DNA of 64,000 nucleotides, taken from an uncultured Prevotella sp. (lineage in GTDB: Bacteria; Bacteroidota; Bacteroidia; Bacteroidales; Bacteroidaceae). The position numbers were made by a program, and so were the translations under genes. Within the stretch, counting starts at the first letter, position 1. Each line of letters begins with the position of its first letter. Below are positions 1 to 9,460 of the stretch, piece after piece. Location: the NCBI GenBank assembly GCA_902495455.1, contig CABUXJ010000010.1:15166-79165 (forward strand), in the 5' to 3' direction. The notes beneath the pieces are model-generated. The model was not told the DNA's origin. It did not search any database and saw nothing but the letters and a program-made list of their open reading frames with translations.

Positions 1-2
1 TG

Positions 3-1418
3 GTGCGCAGTCTGCGCGGTGCGGAAAGCGGTGTGAAGGCCGGCGAGACGTTCGTGGCCTCCGGCGAGATAATCGTCGAGATACCAAATGCCGCCGTCAC
101 GGCCTCGGGTGCTACCGTCGAGGCAGGTTCTGCGGCTGTCCTGCGGGCCACGGTGACGGCCGGTACGGCTCCGTTCACACTCGTATGGACCAACGGCCGA
201 CGCGAGGAGATAGGCACGGAGACAGCCGAGGCCATCGATACGGAGGTCACTACGGAATATGTTCCCGCAGAATGTGACGACTATGTGGTGACGGTCATCG
301 ACGCCAACGGCAAGACAGCGGCCGACACCTGCCGCGTTGTCGTGACGGGCGAGGCTGTGACGGCAACGTTCGAGAACCTTTGGTTGGACAGCGAGAGCGC
401 ATGGTCCGGTCCTGACACAAAGGGCGAGACCATGACGGGAGCATACGGCGACACACAGTTGGCCGGCTCGTTCGTCAGCGGCTCATACAGTTTCAGCAAC
501 GCATACAGTCTCGACTGGAGCTCATGGAGCGGCTTCGCATATTCCAACAAGACGGCAAGCACATTCGAAACGCTGGCGGATCAGTATAACGCCGCAACGG
601 GCGGAGGCCACAACGGCTCGGAAAATTTCGCCGTGGCATTTTCCGGTGGCGACATCCGGGTGCTCAACAGAGCCGAGGGCGACTCGCTGCGCGGATGCTA
701 TGTGACCAACAGTGCGTATGCCATGAACTCCATCCTCAACGGCGACTCCTACGCCCAGAAGTTCACTGAAGGCTCATGGCTGAAGATTGTCTTCACCGGC
801 TACCATGCCGACGGCACCACAGCCGACGTCGAATACTATCTCGCCGACTACCGTCCAACGAAGGAGGCAGACCGCTACTACCTCGATACGTGGCAGTGGG
901 TTGACCTGCGGCCGCTCGGCAAGGTGACTTCCGTCAGCTTCACCATCGACGGAAGCGACAAGAGCTACGGCTATCTGAACACTCCGGCATACTTCTGCAT
1001 GGACGACTTCAATGGCCATCGCGTCATAGCCGAAGCTCCGACGCAGAACGTGACGGAGTCCATCGACGTCTCCTCCCTCTTCTCGTTCGACGACACGGAG
1101 GCCACCGTGACATACGCCTTGGCCGACGAGCCCGTGACAGAGGAAGGTACGGAAGTGACGCTGACACCCGACGGACTGCTCACCGTCAGCGGCCGGTCAC
1201 GCTCACTGAGCGTCGTCGTCAGTGCGACACAACGCGGACGCATCAGCTATCTGCGCATTCCGGTTGACTTCACCAGCGCCATCAGCGACGTCACTTCATT
1301 ATCAACTGTTAACAAGGAGATGTACGACCTCAACGGCCGCCGCATCGCCACACCGCAACGCGGCGTCAACATCGTGAGAACAAAGGATGGTAAATTGAGG
1401 AAAGTTGTGGTAAGGTAA
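3..1418 (+). CDS. 5'-truncated DUF4465-like surface protein with T9SS-type C-terminal sorting tail
   Basis: Open from window edge; motifs WSGFAYSN, YVTNSAYA, YYLADYR and TPAYFCMDDF are typical of DUF4465; tail YDLNGRR...GVNIVR...RKVVVR. Confidence 0.75.
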   Translation: MRSLRGAESGVKAGETFVASGEIIVEIPNAAVTASGATVEAGSAAVLRATVTAGTAPFTLVWTNGRREEIGTETAEAIDTEVTTEYVPAECDDYVVTVIDANGKTAADTCRVVVTGEAVTATFENLWLDSESAWSGPDTKGETMTGAYGDTQLAGSFVSGSYSFSNAYSLDWSSWSGFAYSNKTASTFETLADQYNAATGGGHNGSENFAVAFSGGDIRVLNRAEGDSLRGCYVTNSAYAMNSILNGDSYAQKFTEGSWLKIVFTGYHADGTTADVEYYLADYRPTKEADRYYLDTWQWVDLRPLGKVTSVSFTIDGSDKSYGYLNTPAYFCMDDFNGHRVIAEAPTQNVTESIDVSSLFSFDDTEATVTYALADEPVTEEGTEVTLTPDGLLTVSGRSRSLSVVVSATQRGRISYLRIPVDFTSAISDVTSLSTVNKEMYDLNGRRIATPQRGVNIVRTKDGKLRKVVVR

Positions 1419-1451
1419 AATAAACGCAACCCACCAAAAAACCACCCCAAC

Positions 1452-1495
1452 CGAGGGTGTTGCAGAACTTCCATGCGAGTTCTGTAACACCCTCG
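1452..1495. repeat. Short palindrome CGAGGGTGTTGCAGAACT...AGTTCTGTAACACCCTCG
   Basis: Near-perfect inverted repeat; left arm resembles GAGGGTTGCAGAACT at 23701. Confidence 0.7.
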
Positions 1496-1584
1496 AGTCT
1501 TATATGCTGTTTTAAGATATTTAAGTTCCGAGTTCAACAAACAAAACACATATAGAGGATGTTAATTATTAGCAGAATGTATGC

Positions 1585-1628
1585 AAAAGCCAGGCAACCG
1601 GTCTGCTGTTATAAACCGGTTGCCTGGC
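1585..1628 (-). terminator. Intrinsic terminator of the RND operon
   Basis: 14-bp stem GCCAGGCAACCGGT/ACCGGTTGCCTGGC followed by a T-run on the minus strand, about 45 nt after the TolC stop. Confidence 0.65.
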
Positions 1629-1671
1629 ATGCTAATAGCTGTGAAATGATTTCTGATGCGCCGGTAATCCT

Positions 1672-3030
1672 TTATTCCTCAAGATATACCGTTATGCTTC
1701 CACTGATTTGTCGCAGTGATATTTCACATAGCTTGGTGTTGTATTCAGCTTCGAGTATCCGTTCTTCAGTGTCGAGCAGACTCTGCTGTGCCTCTCTCAT
1801 CTCTATGCCAGACAGATCTCCAAGCATGTAGCGCTCGTATGCAATATAGTGGTTTTCCTGCGCGGTGAGCAGGTTTTGCCGTTCGAGTGCGAGCAGCTGC
1901 AGGTTGTTCTGATATGCCTGCCATAGGTCGGCCAGGCTGGCTTTCAGCGACTGTTCGAGGTTGAGGCGTTCGAGTTCGGCATTTTCAATGTTTATCCTTG
2001 CATTGGCACGTTCGCTGCGTCGGCTTCCGTCAAAGATGTTCAATCCGATTTTCACTCCGAAGTCGGCTCCCCAGTTGTCCCTTGTCTTTGTGCTTCCAGT
2101 CCCGTATATATTGTGTGAGTAGTTGTATCCTGCTCCAAATTTCACATACGGAAAGTCGCGGCCCCTTATGCTTTTCAGGTCAAGTTCTGCCAATGTCTTG
2201 TTCTGTGCGGCCCTTATCAGTGATGCGTTGGTGCGCAGGGTGGTGTTCCAAAGAGAGTCGAATACAAGTCCTGCGTTCACGTTTATAGCCGTGTCGCGTA
2301 CGGCTATTCGACTTTCGAGGTCTTTCACGGCCATGAGACTGTACAGTCTTATTCGTGATGAGGCAAGCAGTTCGTGTTGCTTCAGACTTCGTGTGCTGTC
2401 GGCATTGAAGTCTACCTGTGCCTGTTGCATGTCAAGCCGCGAGGCGCTGCCTATGCTGTATCGTTCAAGCACTATGCGCAGCCGTTCTTTCGACAGTGCG
2501 ACTGCATGGTTGAGGTTTTTCATCCTGATATGCTGCTGTATGAAGTTGTAGTATTCCGCCGTAAGGTCTGCAATATAGTCTTCTATGGCAATGCGTGTCT
2601 GTGTGGCGCTTTGTCTGCGCAATTCCTGTAACCTCTTATAGTTTGTCTGGATTTTGAAGCCGTCAAACACTGTCCACTCCGCGTTAAGTCCGGCTGACAG
2701 GGTGTGGTCGAACGTGTTGCGGTTTTGGGTTGTGCCGCCTGTCTCGCGCGCCGTAGTGTTGCGGTTGTATGCCGAGCCGTCATATCCTGCGTTGGCGGTT
2801 ATTGTCGGAAGATACCCCGCATTGGCACGTGTCGCGCTTTTTTCAGCTATGTGCTCCTCGTTTCTTACTATTCTCAGTCCGTAGTTGTTTCTAAGTCCTG
2901 TGGATATGAAGTGCGACAGCGAGGCCACTTCCGGTTTTTGCTGTGCTTCCTGTGCGTGCATTGATATTCCCGGAGCCAATATCCCCAATATCGTTATGAT
3001 ATATGATCTTGTCAGTCTGATAAATCTCAT
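1672..3030 (-). CDS. TolC-family outer membrane efflux protein
   Basis: 452 aa with signal peptide, YLPTIT, WTVFDGF and ERY..G..S..(D/E) repeats; last gene of the RND operon. Confidence 0.9.
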   Translation of the reverse strand: MRFIRLTRSYIITILGILAPGISMHAQEAQQKPEVASLSHFISTGLRNNYGLRIVRNEEHIAEKSATRANAGYLPTITANAGYDGSAYNRNTTARETGGTTQNRNTFDHTLSAGLNAEWTVFDGFKIQTNYKRLQELRRQSATQTRIAIEDYIADLTAEYYNFIQQHIRMKNLNHAVALSKERLRIVLERYSIGSASRLDMQQAQVDFNADSTRSLKQHELLASSRIRLYSLMAVKDLESRIAVRDTAINVNAGLVFDSLWNTTLRTNASLIRAAQNKTLAELDLKSIRGRDFPYVKFGAGYNYSHNIYGTGSTKTRDNWGADFGVKIGLNIFDGSRRSERANARINIENAELERLNLEQSLKASLADLWQAYQNNLQLLALERQNLLTAQENHYIAYERYMLGDLSGIEMREAQQSLLDTEERILEAEYNTKLCEISLRQISGSITVYLEE

Positions 3031-6000
3031 TTGCTTTCTTTTTTAGATTGGTTTGTTGAGATGTATGAGTATATTGCCGGCACGATAAACATCGTGAGAA
3101 GCGTTGATATGAACATTCCTCCCACTACGGCCGTACCCATAGCAATACGTCCGTTGCAGCCTTCTCCGGATGCAAACATCAGAGGTAGCAGTCCAAGGAT
3201 TGTCGATACGCTTGTCATGAGAATCGGGCGCAGGCGTTGTGTTGCGGCCTCATGTATCGCAGTCATCTTGTCTTCGCCGTTCTTTTGCCTCTGGTTGGCA
3301 AATTCTACTATAAGTATTCCGTTCTTAGCAACAAGTCCGATGAGCATGATGATACCGATTTGGCTGAATATGTTCATGGTCTGTCCGCCTGCAGACATGA
3401 ATATCAGCGCTCCGCATATTGCCAACGGAACGGTGAGCATTATTATGAGCGGGTCCTTGAAACTTTCAAACTGTGCTGCGAGGATGAGATATATCAGCAG
3501 CAGTGCGAGGCCGAATGCGAAGAGCAGACTCGACGAGCTTTCACGGAATTCCTTGGAGTCGCCGGCAAGTGCCGTGCGGAAGGTGTCGTCGAGTGTTTCT
3601 TTGGCAATCCTGTCCATGACATCGAGTCCCTCGCCAATGGTTTTGCCGTCGGCAAGTCCGGCAGATATCGTGGCCGACACGAAGCGGTTGTAGCGGTATA
3701 GCTTCGGGGGAGCCACGTCTTCTGTAAGCTCGACAAGGTTTTCCATCTGAATCATCCTTCCGTCAGACGACCTCATGTATATGGCCTTCAGATTGTTTGG
3801 GTCGTTTCTTTGCTGCCGGTTTATCTCTCCCACGATTTCATATTGCTTGCCGTTCATGTAGAGGTATCCCATTCTCTGTCCGCTCAGTCCGTATTGTAGT
3901 GTCTGCGCGATATCCTTGGTGCTCACACCCATCATGTTTGCCTTCTCCCGGTTAACGCTGAGGCGTACTTCCGGCTTTGAGAATTTCAGGTCGACGTCTG
4001 CCATCTGGAATGTAGGGTCGTCGTATACCTTTGCCATGAATTCGGGCAGCACTTTCTGCAGTTTCTCAATGTTTGTGGCTTGCAGTACGTACTGTATGGG
4101 CATTGACCCCCGCCTGCCTCCGAAAGTGCTTTGCTGCTGTACGAAAGCGCGCGCATCGGTCTTTTTGCGCACGGCCTTTGACAGCTTCTCTGCCACTTCC
4201 ATCTGTGTATAGTCGCGTTCCGTAATGTTTTTGAGTGTAATCTGTATGTTGCCCACGCCTTCTCCCACGCGTGCGGTGATAAACTCGGCGTCAGGCATGA
4301 GCGTGTCTGCGAGGCGGTTTATGTCTTCCGTATAGTCACGCATATATTCGTATGTGACTCCCTCCGGTCCGGATGTTCTTATCGTTATGCTTGAGCGGTC
4401 TTCGAGAGGTGCCATTTCTGCCGGTATGCTTGTCCACATAAGCACGCAGGCAACGAGCGCAACGCCCATTATGGCAATAGCCGTCCACCTGTGTTTCAGG
4501 AATGATGAAAGCCACTTGGAGTATATCCTGTTCATTCCGTCGAAGAAGGGTTCCGACTTGCGGTAGAACCAGTTTTTCTGCTTGCGCCTTACAAGCAGCT
4601 TTGTGGCGAGCATAGGGGTGAATGTCAGCGCGGCGAATGATGATATTATTACCGAGCCTGCCACCACAAAGCTGAATTCCCGGAACAGACGGCCGGTGGT
4701 TCCTTCCATGAACACTATAGGGAAGAATACCGCAACAAGTGTTATGGTTGTTGATATTACGGCAAAGAAAATCTCCTTGGCTCCTTCTATTCCCGCATCA
4801 AACGGCTTCATTCCCCGTTCGATCCTTATGTAGATGTTTTCTGTCATCACGATGGCGTCATCCACCACAAGGCCCACCGAGAGTACTACAGCCAGCATTG
4901 ACAGCACGTTTATGGAGAATCCGCATACGTACATGATGAAGAATGCTCCGATGAGCGATACCGGTATCACGATGCAGGGTATGAGTGTGACACGCCAGTC
5001 GCGCAGGAACAGGAAGATGATGATAATCACCAGTATGAAGGCTTCGTATACTGTAGACTCAACCTCGCTGATGGATGCGCGTATAAACTTGGTATTGTCG
5101 AAACCATAGTCGAAGTGCACGTCTTGAGGAAGGTCTTTCTTCATTTGCTCCATGCGCTTGTGTACGGCATCGGCAATGTTTATATGGTTTGCTCCCGGTT
5201 GCGGCACCACCACCACTCCGACCATCGGAATACCGTTCATCTTCATATAGCTCTTTATGTCGCGTGGGGCCAGCTCGGCACGTCCTATGTCGCTGAACCT
5301 CACTATACGCCCGTCTTGTTCCTTGATCACGAGGCTGTTGAACTCTTCCGTGGTGTGCATCTGACCCATTGTCCTGATGCTCAGTTCCGTGGTGTTTCCC
5401 TCAATCGAGCCGGAAGGCAGTTCAACGTTTTCTTTGTCAAGTGCGGTCTTTACATCCATAGGAGTTACTCCGTATCCAGACATTCTCACCGGGTCGAGCC
5501 ACAGCCTCATGCAGTATCTCTTTTCTCCCCATATTGATACGCTTGATACTTCAGGTATTGTCTGCAGCTGTTCCTTTACGGTGAGGTCTGCAATCTCGCT
5601 CAGTTCCAGGAGCGAGCGCTTGTCGCTCTGCAGTGCAACCATAAGGATGGGCCGTGCATCGGCATCGGCTTTTGATACCGTTGGCGGGTCGCAGTCGCGC
5701 GGCAGCCATCTTTGGGCGCGCGACACCTTGTCGCGCACATCGTTGGCGGCTGTTTCAAGGTCGACTGAAAGTTCAAATTCCACTGTTATGCGACATGAGC
5801 CCTGCTGGCTCACGCTTGTGAGCGAGCGTATGCCGGGTATTCCGTTGATGTTTTGTTCCAACGGCTCTGTTATCTGGCTCTCAATCACATCGGCATTGGC
5901 ACCGGGATAAGAGCATGACACCGATATGATGGGATTGTCTACAGACGGATATTCGCGTACTCCGAGAGTGGTGTATCCGATAAATCCGAACAGCAGGATT

Positions 6001-6059
6001 ATAAGTGTGAGTACGGTGGCCAGCACCGGACGCCGTATTGACAGTTCCGATATGTTCAT
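3027..6059 (-). CDS. RND efflux transporter permease (AcrB/MdtB-like)
   Basis: 1010 aa; SIRRPV, GLVVDDAIVMTENI, KNGILIVEFA, RLRPILMT. Confidence 0.95.
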   Translation of the reverse strand: MNISELSIRRPVLATVLTLIILLFGFIGYTTLGVREYPSVDNPIISVSCSYPGANADVIESQITEPLEQNINGIPGIRSLTSVSQQGSCRITVEFELSVDLETAANDVRDKVSRAQRWLPRDCDPPTVSKADADARPILMVALQSDKRSLLELSEIADLTVKEQLQTIPEVSSVSIWGEKRYCMRLWLDPVRMSGYGVTPMDVKTALDKENVELPSGSIEGNTTELSIRTMGQMHTTEEFNSLVIKEQDGRIVRFSDIGRAELAPRDIKSYMKMNGIPMVGVVVVPQPGANHINIADAVHKRMEQMKKDLPQDVHFDYGFDNTKFIRASISEVESTVYEAFILVIIIIFLFLRDWRVTLIPCIVIPVSLIGAFFIMYVCGFSINVLSMLAVVLSVGLVVDDAIVMTENIYIRIERGMKPFDAGIEGAKEIFFAVISTTITLVAVFFPIVFMEGTTGRLFREFSFVVAGSVIISSFAALTFTPMLATKLLVRRKQKNWFYRKSEPFFDGMNRIYSKWLSSFLKHRWTAIAIMGVALVACVLMWTSIPAEMAPLEDRSSITIRTSGPEGVTYEYMRDYTEDINRLADTLMPDAEFITARVGEGVGNIQITLKNITERDYTQMEVAEKLSKAVRKKTDARAFVQQQSTFGGRRGSMPIQYVLQATNIEKLQKVLPEFMAKVYDDPTFQMADVDLKFSKPEVRLSVNREKANMMGVSTKDIAQTLQYGLSGQRMGYLYMNGKQYEIVGEINRQQRNDPNNLKAIYMRSSDGRMIQMENLVELTEDVAPPKLYRYNRFVSATISAGLADGKTIGEGLDVMDRIAKETLDDTFRTALAGDSKEFRESSSSLLFAFGLALLLIYLILAAQFESFKDPLIIMLTVPLAICGALIFMSAGGQTMNIFSQIGIIMLIGLVAKNGILIVEFANQRQKNGEDKMTAIHEAATQRLRPILMTSVSTILGLLPLMFASGEGCNGRIAMGTAVVGGMFISTLLTMFIVPAIYSYISTNQSKKESK

Positions 6060-6062
6060 GGC

Positions 6063-7145
6063 TTATTTCTTTATGGATACGATAACTTTCTGTCCCTGTC
6101 TAAGCTGCATCGTACCGCTTGTTATCACAGTGTCGCCTATGTTGAGTCCGCGGAGCACCTGCACCTGGGCGTCTGTACGAAGGCCCTTTGTTATTTCAGC
6201 CGGTTCTGCTGTCCCGTTCTTGCAGATGAACACTTTGTCTATACCCATCTCCGATACAATGGCCTCGCTTGGCACGGCAAGCGTCCTGTCGTATTTGCGT
6301 GTGGTCAGGTTTACGTTTACGTATCGTCCGGGCACAAGCTTGCCGTCTTTATTGGCATATAGTGCCCTGATGGTATATGTCCTTGTTTCCGGGTCTACCC
6401 TTGAGTCGGATGCGTACACTTCCGCCTTGCGTGGTGTGAGGTCGCCTTCTGCCGTGAATGTGAGCGGTGTGCCCGGTGCCAGTGTTCCGGCATACCGTTC
6501 CGGCACGCTGAATTCCACTTTCAGAGGACTCATCTTGGTAAGCGTAGCCACGGTTGTTGATGTTGTTGCGAATGCTCCGGTGCTTATTTGTCTTAGTCCG
6601 ATTGTGCCGGAGAACGGTGCGCGCAGTTCTGTCTGTTCAATCTGTGCCTTCACTCCGTCAATCTCAGCTTTCAGGGCTGCAAGATTTGCCTCGGCTTCTT
6701 GAAAAGACTCCTTGCTCACGGCCTCTTTTGCAAGAAGCGCCTTGGCACGGTAGAGCCTGTCGTTCATGAGTTTCAGCTGTGCCTTTTTCTTGCGCAGTTC
6801 GGCTTGCAGCGGTGCATCGTTGATTTTTGCAAGAAGCTGTCCTTTCTCCACGTGGGCACCTTCCTTGAAGAATATTCCGGTTATTTTGCCGGATGTCTCA
6901 AACGACAGGCTCACCTCTTCATCAGGAATAAGGCTTCCGCTCACGAATATCCCGTCTGTGAGAGACTGCTCGCCCAGGACTACGGCCCTGACATTTAAAG
7001 CCTTGTCCTGTCCTTTTTTTCCTTTACCGTCTTTGGAGGCTTCTTTCAGGTCTGAATTCTCATGCGGTACAAATGTTTTTATTCCCAGTCCGGCAAGTCC
7101 TGTTACGATAATGCCGATAATTCCTATTCTTGTATATTTATTCAT
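6063..7145 (-). CDS. RND efflux periplasmic adaptor (MFP) subunit
   Basis: N-terminal anchor, G.V.KGQLL and LRAPFSG lipoyl-type motifs; upstream of the permease. Confidence 0.92.
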   Translation of the reverse strand: MNKYTRIGIIGIIVTGLAGLGIKTFVPHENSDLKEASKDGKGKKGQDKALNVRAVVLGEQSLTDGIFVSGSLIPDEEVSLSFETSGKITGIFFKEGAHVEKGQLLAKINDAPLQAELRKKKAQLKLMNDRLYRAKALLAKEAVSKESFQEAEANLAALKAEIDGVKAQIEQTELRAPFSGTIGLRQISTGAFATTSTTVATLTKMSPLKVEFSVPERYAGTLAPGTPLTFTAEGDLTPRKAEVYASDSRVDPETRTYTIRALYANKDGKLVPGRYVNVNLTTRKYDRTLAVPSEAIVSEMGIDKVFICKNGTAEPAEITKGLRTDAQVQVLRGLNIGDTVITSGTMQLRQGQKVIVSIKK

Positions 7146-7321
7146 GTTGTTTATATGTTATTTCATTGCTATATGTTTTAGTACGACTATGCTATTGTTT
7201 TTGACAGCTTTTTTATAAAAAGGCTTAATGGCAACTTGCCGTTTAATGAATATTTAACAAAATAGAGAGTGTTGCCTAACTCACATAGATGGGTTTTATA
7301 TGGACGTTATGCATTATATTT

Positions 7322-7846
7322 TTTTACAAAATCATGTTCATAAAAATGCTCAAAGATGTGCGTTTCCATGAGCAATAAGGGCCTTAAAGGACCCGACGGC
7401 CCCCTCCGGCTCCCCCAAGGGGGAGAGACCTGCGGCTTCAAACACCCCCGTAAGGGCCCCGCGGCTTTCAAATTTTGCAAAAGTCGGTGAGTTTTTGATG
7501 GTTGTTTTTGGACCAAAAAGCGGGTTTAGTCGAGCAACGGGGCCCCCGCGGGGTTCCAACGAGCACGCCGTCATGCTGCAACGAGGCCGCCGTTGCAATG
7601 TAATAGCAGCCCCGCGGCAGAGCAAGGAGGGCCTTGCGGGGCCCCTCCCCGGCCCTCCCCAAGGGGAGGGAGAGCTGACGCCGTTCATAAGTCATTAAGG
7701 ATGAGCGTGTTGTGAAAACGATGATTTTTTTGTCGGAAAAACCGCAAGATTTTGACCTTCACGAGATTTGAAAATTTGGGAGCGAGGCGGGAAAATTTTG
7801 GAAAGTGCCTCCGGATTTCGGCCTTAAATTCAGAATTAATTTGACA
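7322..7846 (+). repeat. Long dispersed element L, copy 1
   Basis: Collinear with 32399-32922, 39007-39531 and (reverse) 47802-48326, from TTTACAAAATC to TTAAATTC(A/C)GAATT. Confidence 0.9.
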
Positions 7847-7896
7847 AAGGGCGCTTTTTAAATTAAATGCAAAGGTCTAAGACCTGACAACCCGAG

Positions 7897-7940
7897 GGCC
7901 CCACCCCGGCCCTCCCCTTGGGGAGGGCCGGGGTGGGGCC
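7897..7940. repeat. GC-rich palindrome (R1-related)
   Basis: GGCCCCACCCCGGCCCTCCCC-TT-GGGGAGGGCCGGGGTGGGGCC. Confidence 0.85.
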
Positions 7941-7946
7941 GGTACC

Positions 7947-8302
7947 TGTTGATAACTCTGTTGATAACTATTTCATTATCCACACTTTTCCCGCACGCCC
8001 TTGTGGACAACGGGATATCAACATAGTTATTACATGTTTATAATCAAGTTTTCAACAGATTGTTGATGAAAAAAGATATAAACTTATTAAATTTGCACCG
8101 AAATGGGATATTGTGGATAACTGCGTGATACGTCTCATTATCAGCAAGTAAGTATCAACAACAGATGTTGGTAACTGCTGACCACAAATTGATAACGTAA
8201 CGGCCAAGAAAAAGGACGAAAAGTTATTCACGTATCAACAGCACATCATACTTAACATTCTATTTTTAAGATAAAGAAAAAGAAAATTATAATTATTATA
8301 AG
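7947..8302. other. Candidate chromosomal replication origin (oriC)
   Basis: Perfect DnaA boxes TTATCCACA 7976-7984 and TGTGGATAA 8112-8120, about ten near-matches, and an AT-rich tract just before nadA. Confidence 0.65.
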
Positions 8303-9292
8303 ATGTTGAAAACCGAATGGCTCGAAAAGGGCTACATTGATGAGCCCGTTGCCGAAGGCACGGACTTGAAAGGCGAAATCAGACGGATGTGTCGTGAGAA
8401 GAAGGCCGTGATCATGGCCCACTACTATACGCAGGGAGAAATCCAGGACGTGGCCGACTTTGTCGGTGACTCGCTGGCGCTGGCGCGCAAGGCGGCCGAG
8501 ACGGACGCACGGATCATCGTCATGTGTGGTGTCCACTTCATGGCCGAAACGTGCAAGATACTCTCGCCGGACAAGCTCGTGCTCTGTCCCGACCTCAACG
8601 CGGGATGCTCGCTGGCCGACTCCTGCCGCGCCGAAGACCTGAAGCGTTTCAAGGAGGAGCACCCCGGCCACACCGTTGTCAGCTATGTCAACACGACGGC
8701 GGCTGTCAAGGCTCTGACCGACGTGGTCGTCACGAGCGGAAACGCGCGCAAGATTGTAGAAGCGCTGCCAGAGGACGAAAAGATCATCTTCGGGCCGGAC
8801 AAGAACCTCGGCTCTTATATAAATAATGTGACAGGACGGCAGATGTTGCTCTGGAACGGCGGATGTCATGTCCACGAGCGTTTCTCCGTGGCCGAGATAC
8901 TGAAACTGAAGGCCGAGCATCCCGGAGCCAAGGTGCTGGCCCATCCGGAGTGCAAGGGCCCCGTGCTGCAGGTTGCCGACGTCGTCGGTTCGACGGCCGT
9001 GCTGCTGAAGTATGCCACGGAGAGCGACGACCGGGAATTTATCGTTGTCACCGAGTCCGGAATACTCCATGAGATGAAGCGTCAGTGTCCGGACAAGACG
9101 TTCATCCCCGTGCCCCCGGAAATCGGCGAAGGCACGGTCGGCTGCTCCTGCAACGAGTGTGACTATATGAAGATGAATACGATGCTGAAGATATACAACA
9201 CGCTTCTCCACGAGTGGCCTGCCGTCGAGGTTGACCCGGATGTGGCCCGCGAAGCGGTCAAACCCATCACCCGGATGCTGGAGATGAGCTGA
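8303..9292 (+). CDS. nadA: Quinolinate synthase
   Basis: AHYY, VGDSLALA, CGVHFMAET, AGCSLA, SYVNT, CHVH, AHPEC, C.YMK. Confidence 0.97.
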   Translation: MLKTEWLEKGYIDEPVAEGTDLKGEIRRMCREKKAVIMAHYYTQGEIQDVADFVGDSLALARKAAETDARIIVMCGVHFMAETCKILSPDKLVLCPDLNAGCSLADSCRAEDLKRFKEEHPGHTVVSYVNTTAAVKALTDVVVTSGNARKIVEALPEDEKIIFGPDKNLGSYINNVTGRQMLLWNGGCHVHERFSVAEILKLKAEHPGAKVLAHPECKGPVLQVADVVGSTAVLLKYATESDDREFIVVTESGILHEMKRQCPDKTFIPVPPEIGEGTVGCSCNECDYMKMNTMLKIYNTLLHEWPAVEVDPDVAREAVKPITRMLEMS

Positions 9293-9365
9293 TGGGAAAG
9301 GCTGTGCACACAGTATTTCCTTGTTTGGGTAATCGTATGAGATGGTATTACTTTATAATAAGTTT

Positions 9366-9433
9366 TTTGAACACAGAGACACGGAAACACAGAGGACAAT
9401 ATAACTCTGTGTCTCCGTGTCTCTGTGTTCAAA
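9366..9433. repeat. Octamer-armed palindrome (R6, ACACAGAG units)
   Basis: TTTGAACACAGAGACACGGAAACACAGAG / CTCTGTGTCTCCGTGTCTCTGTGTTCAAA; a half copy lies at 20944-20971. Confidence 0.85.
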
Positions 9434-9460
9434 ATATAAACTAATTATTGCAACATACTT

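Noticed and set aside
7322..7846. Element L as a classical IS or MITE
   Set aside because: No transposase, convincing terminal inverted repeats or target duplication, so it is kept as an unassigned repeat.
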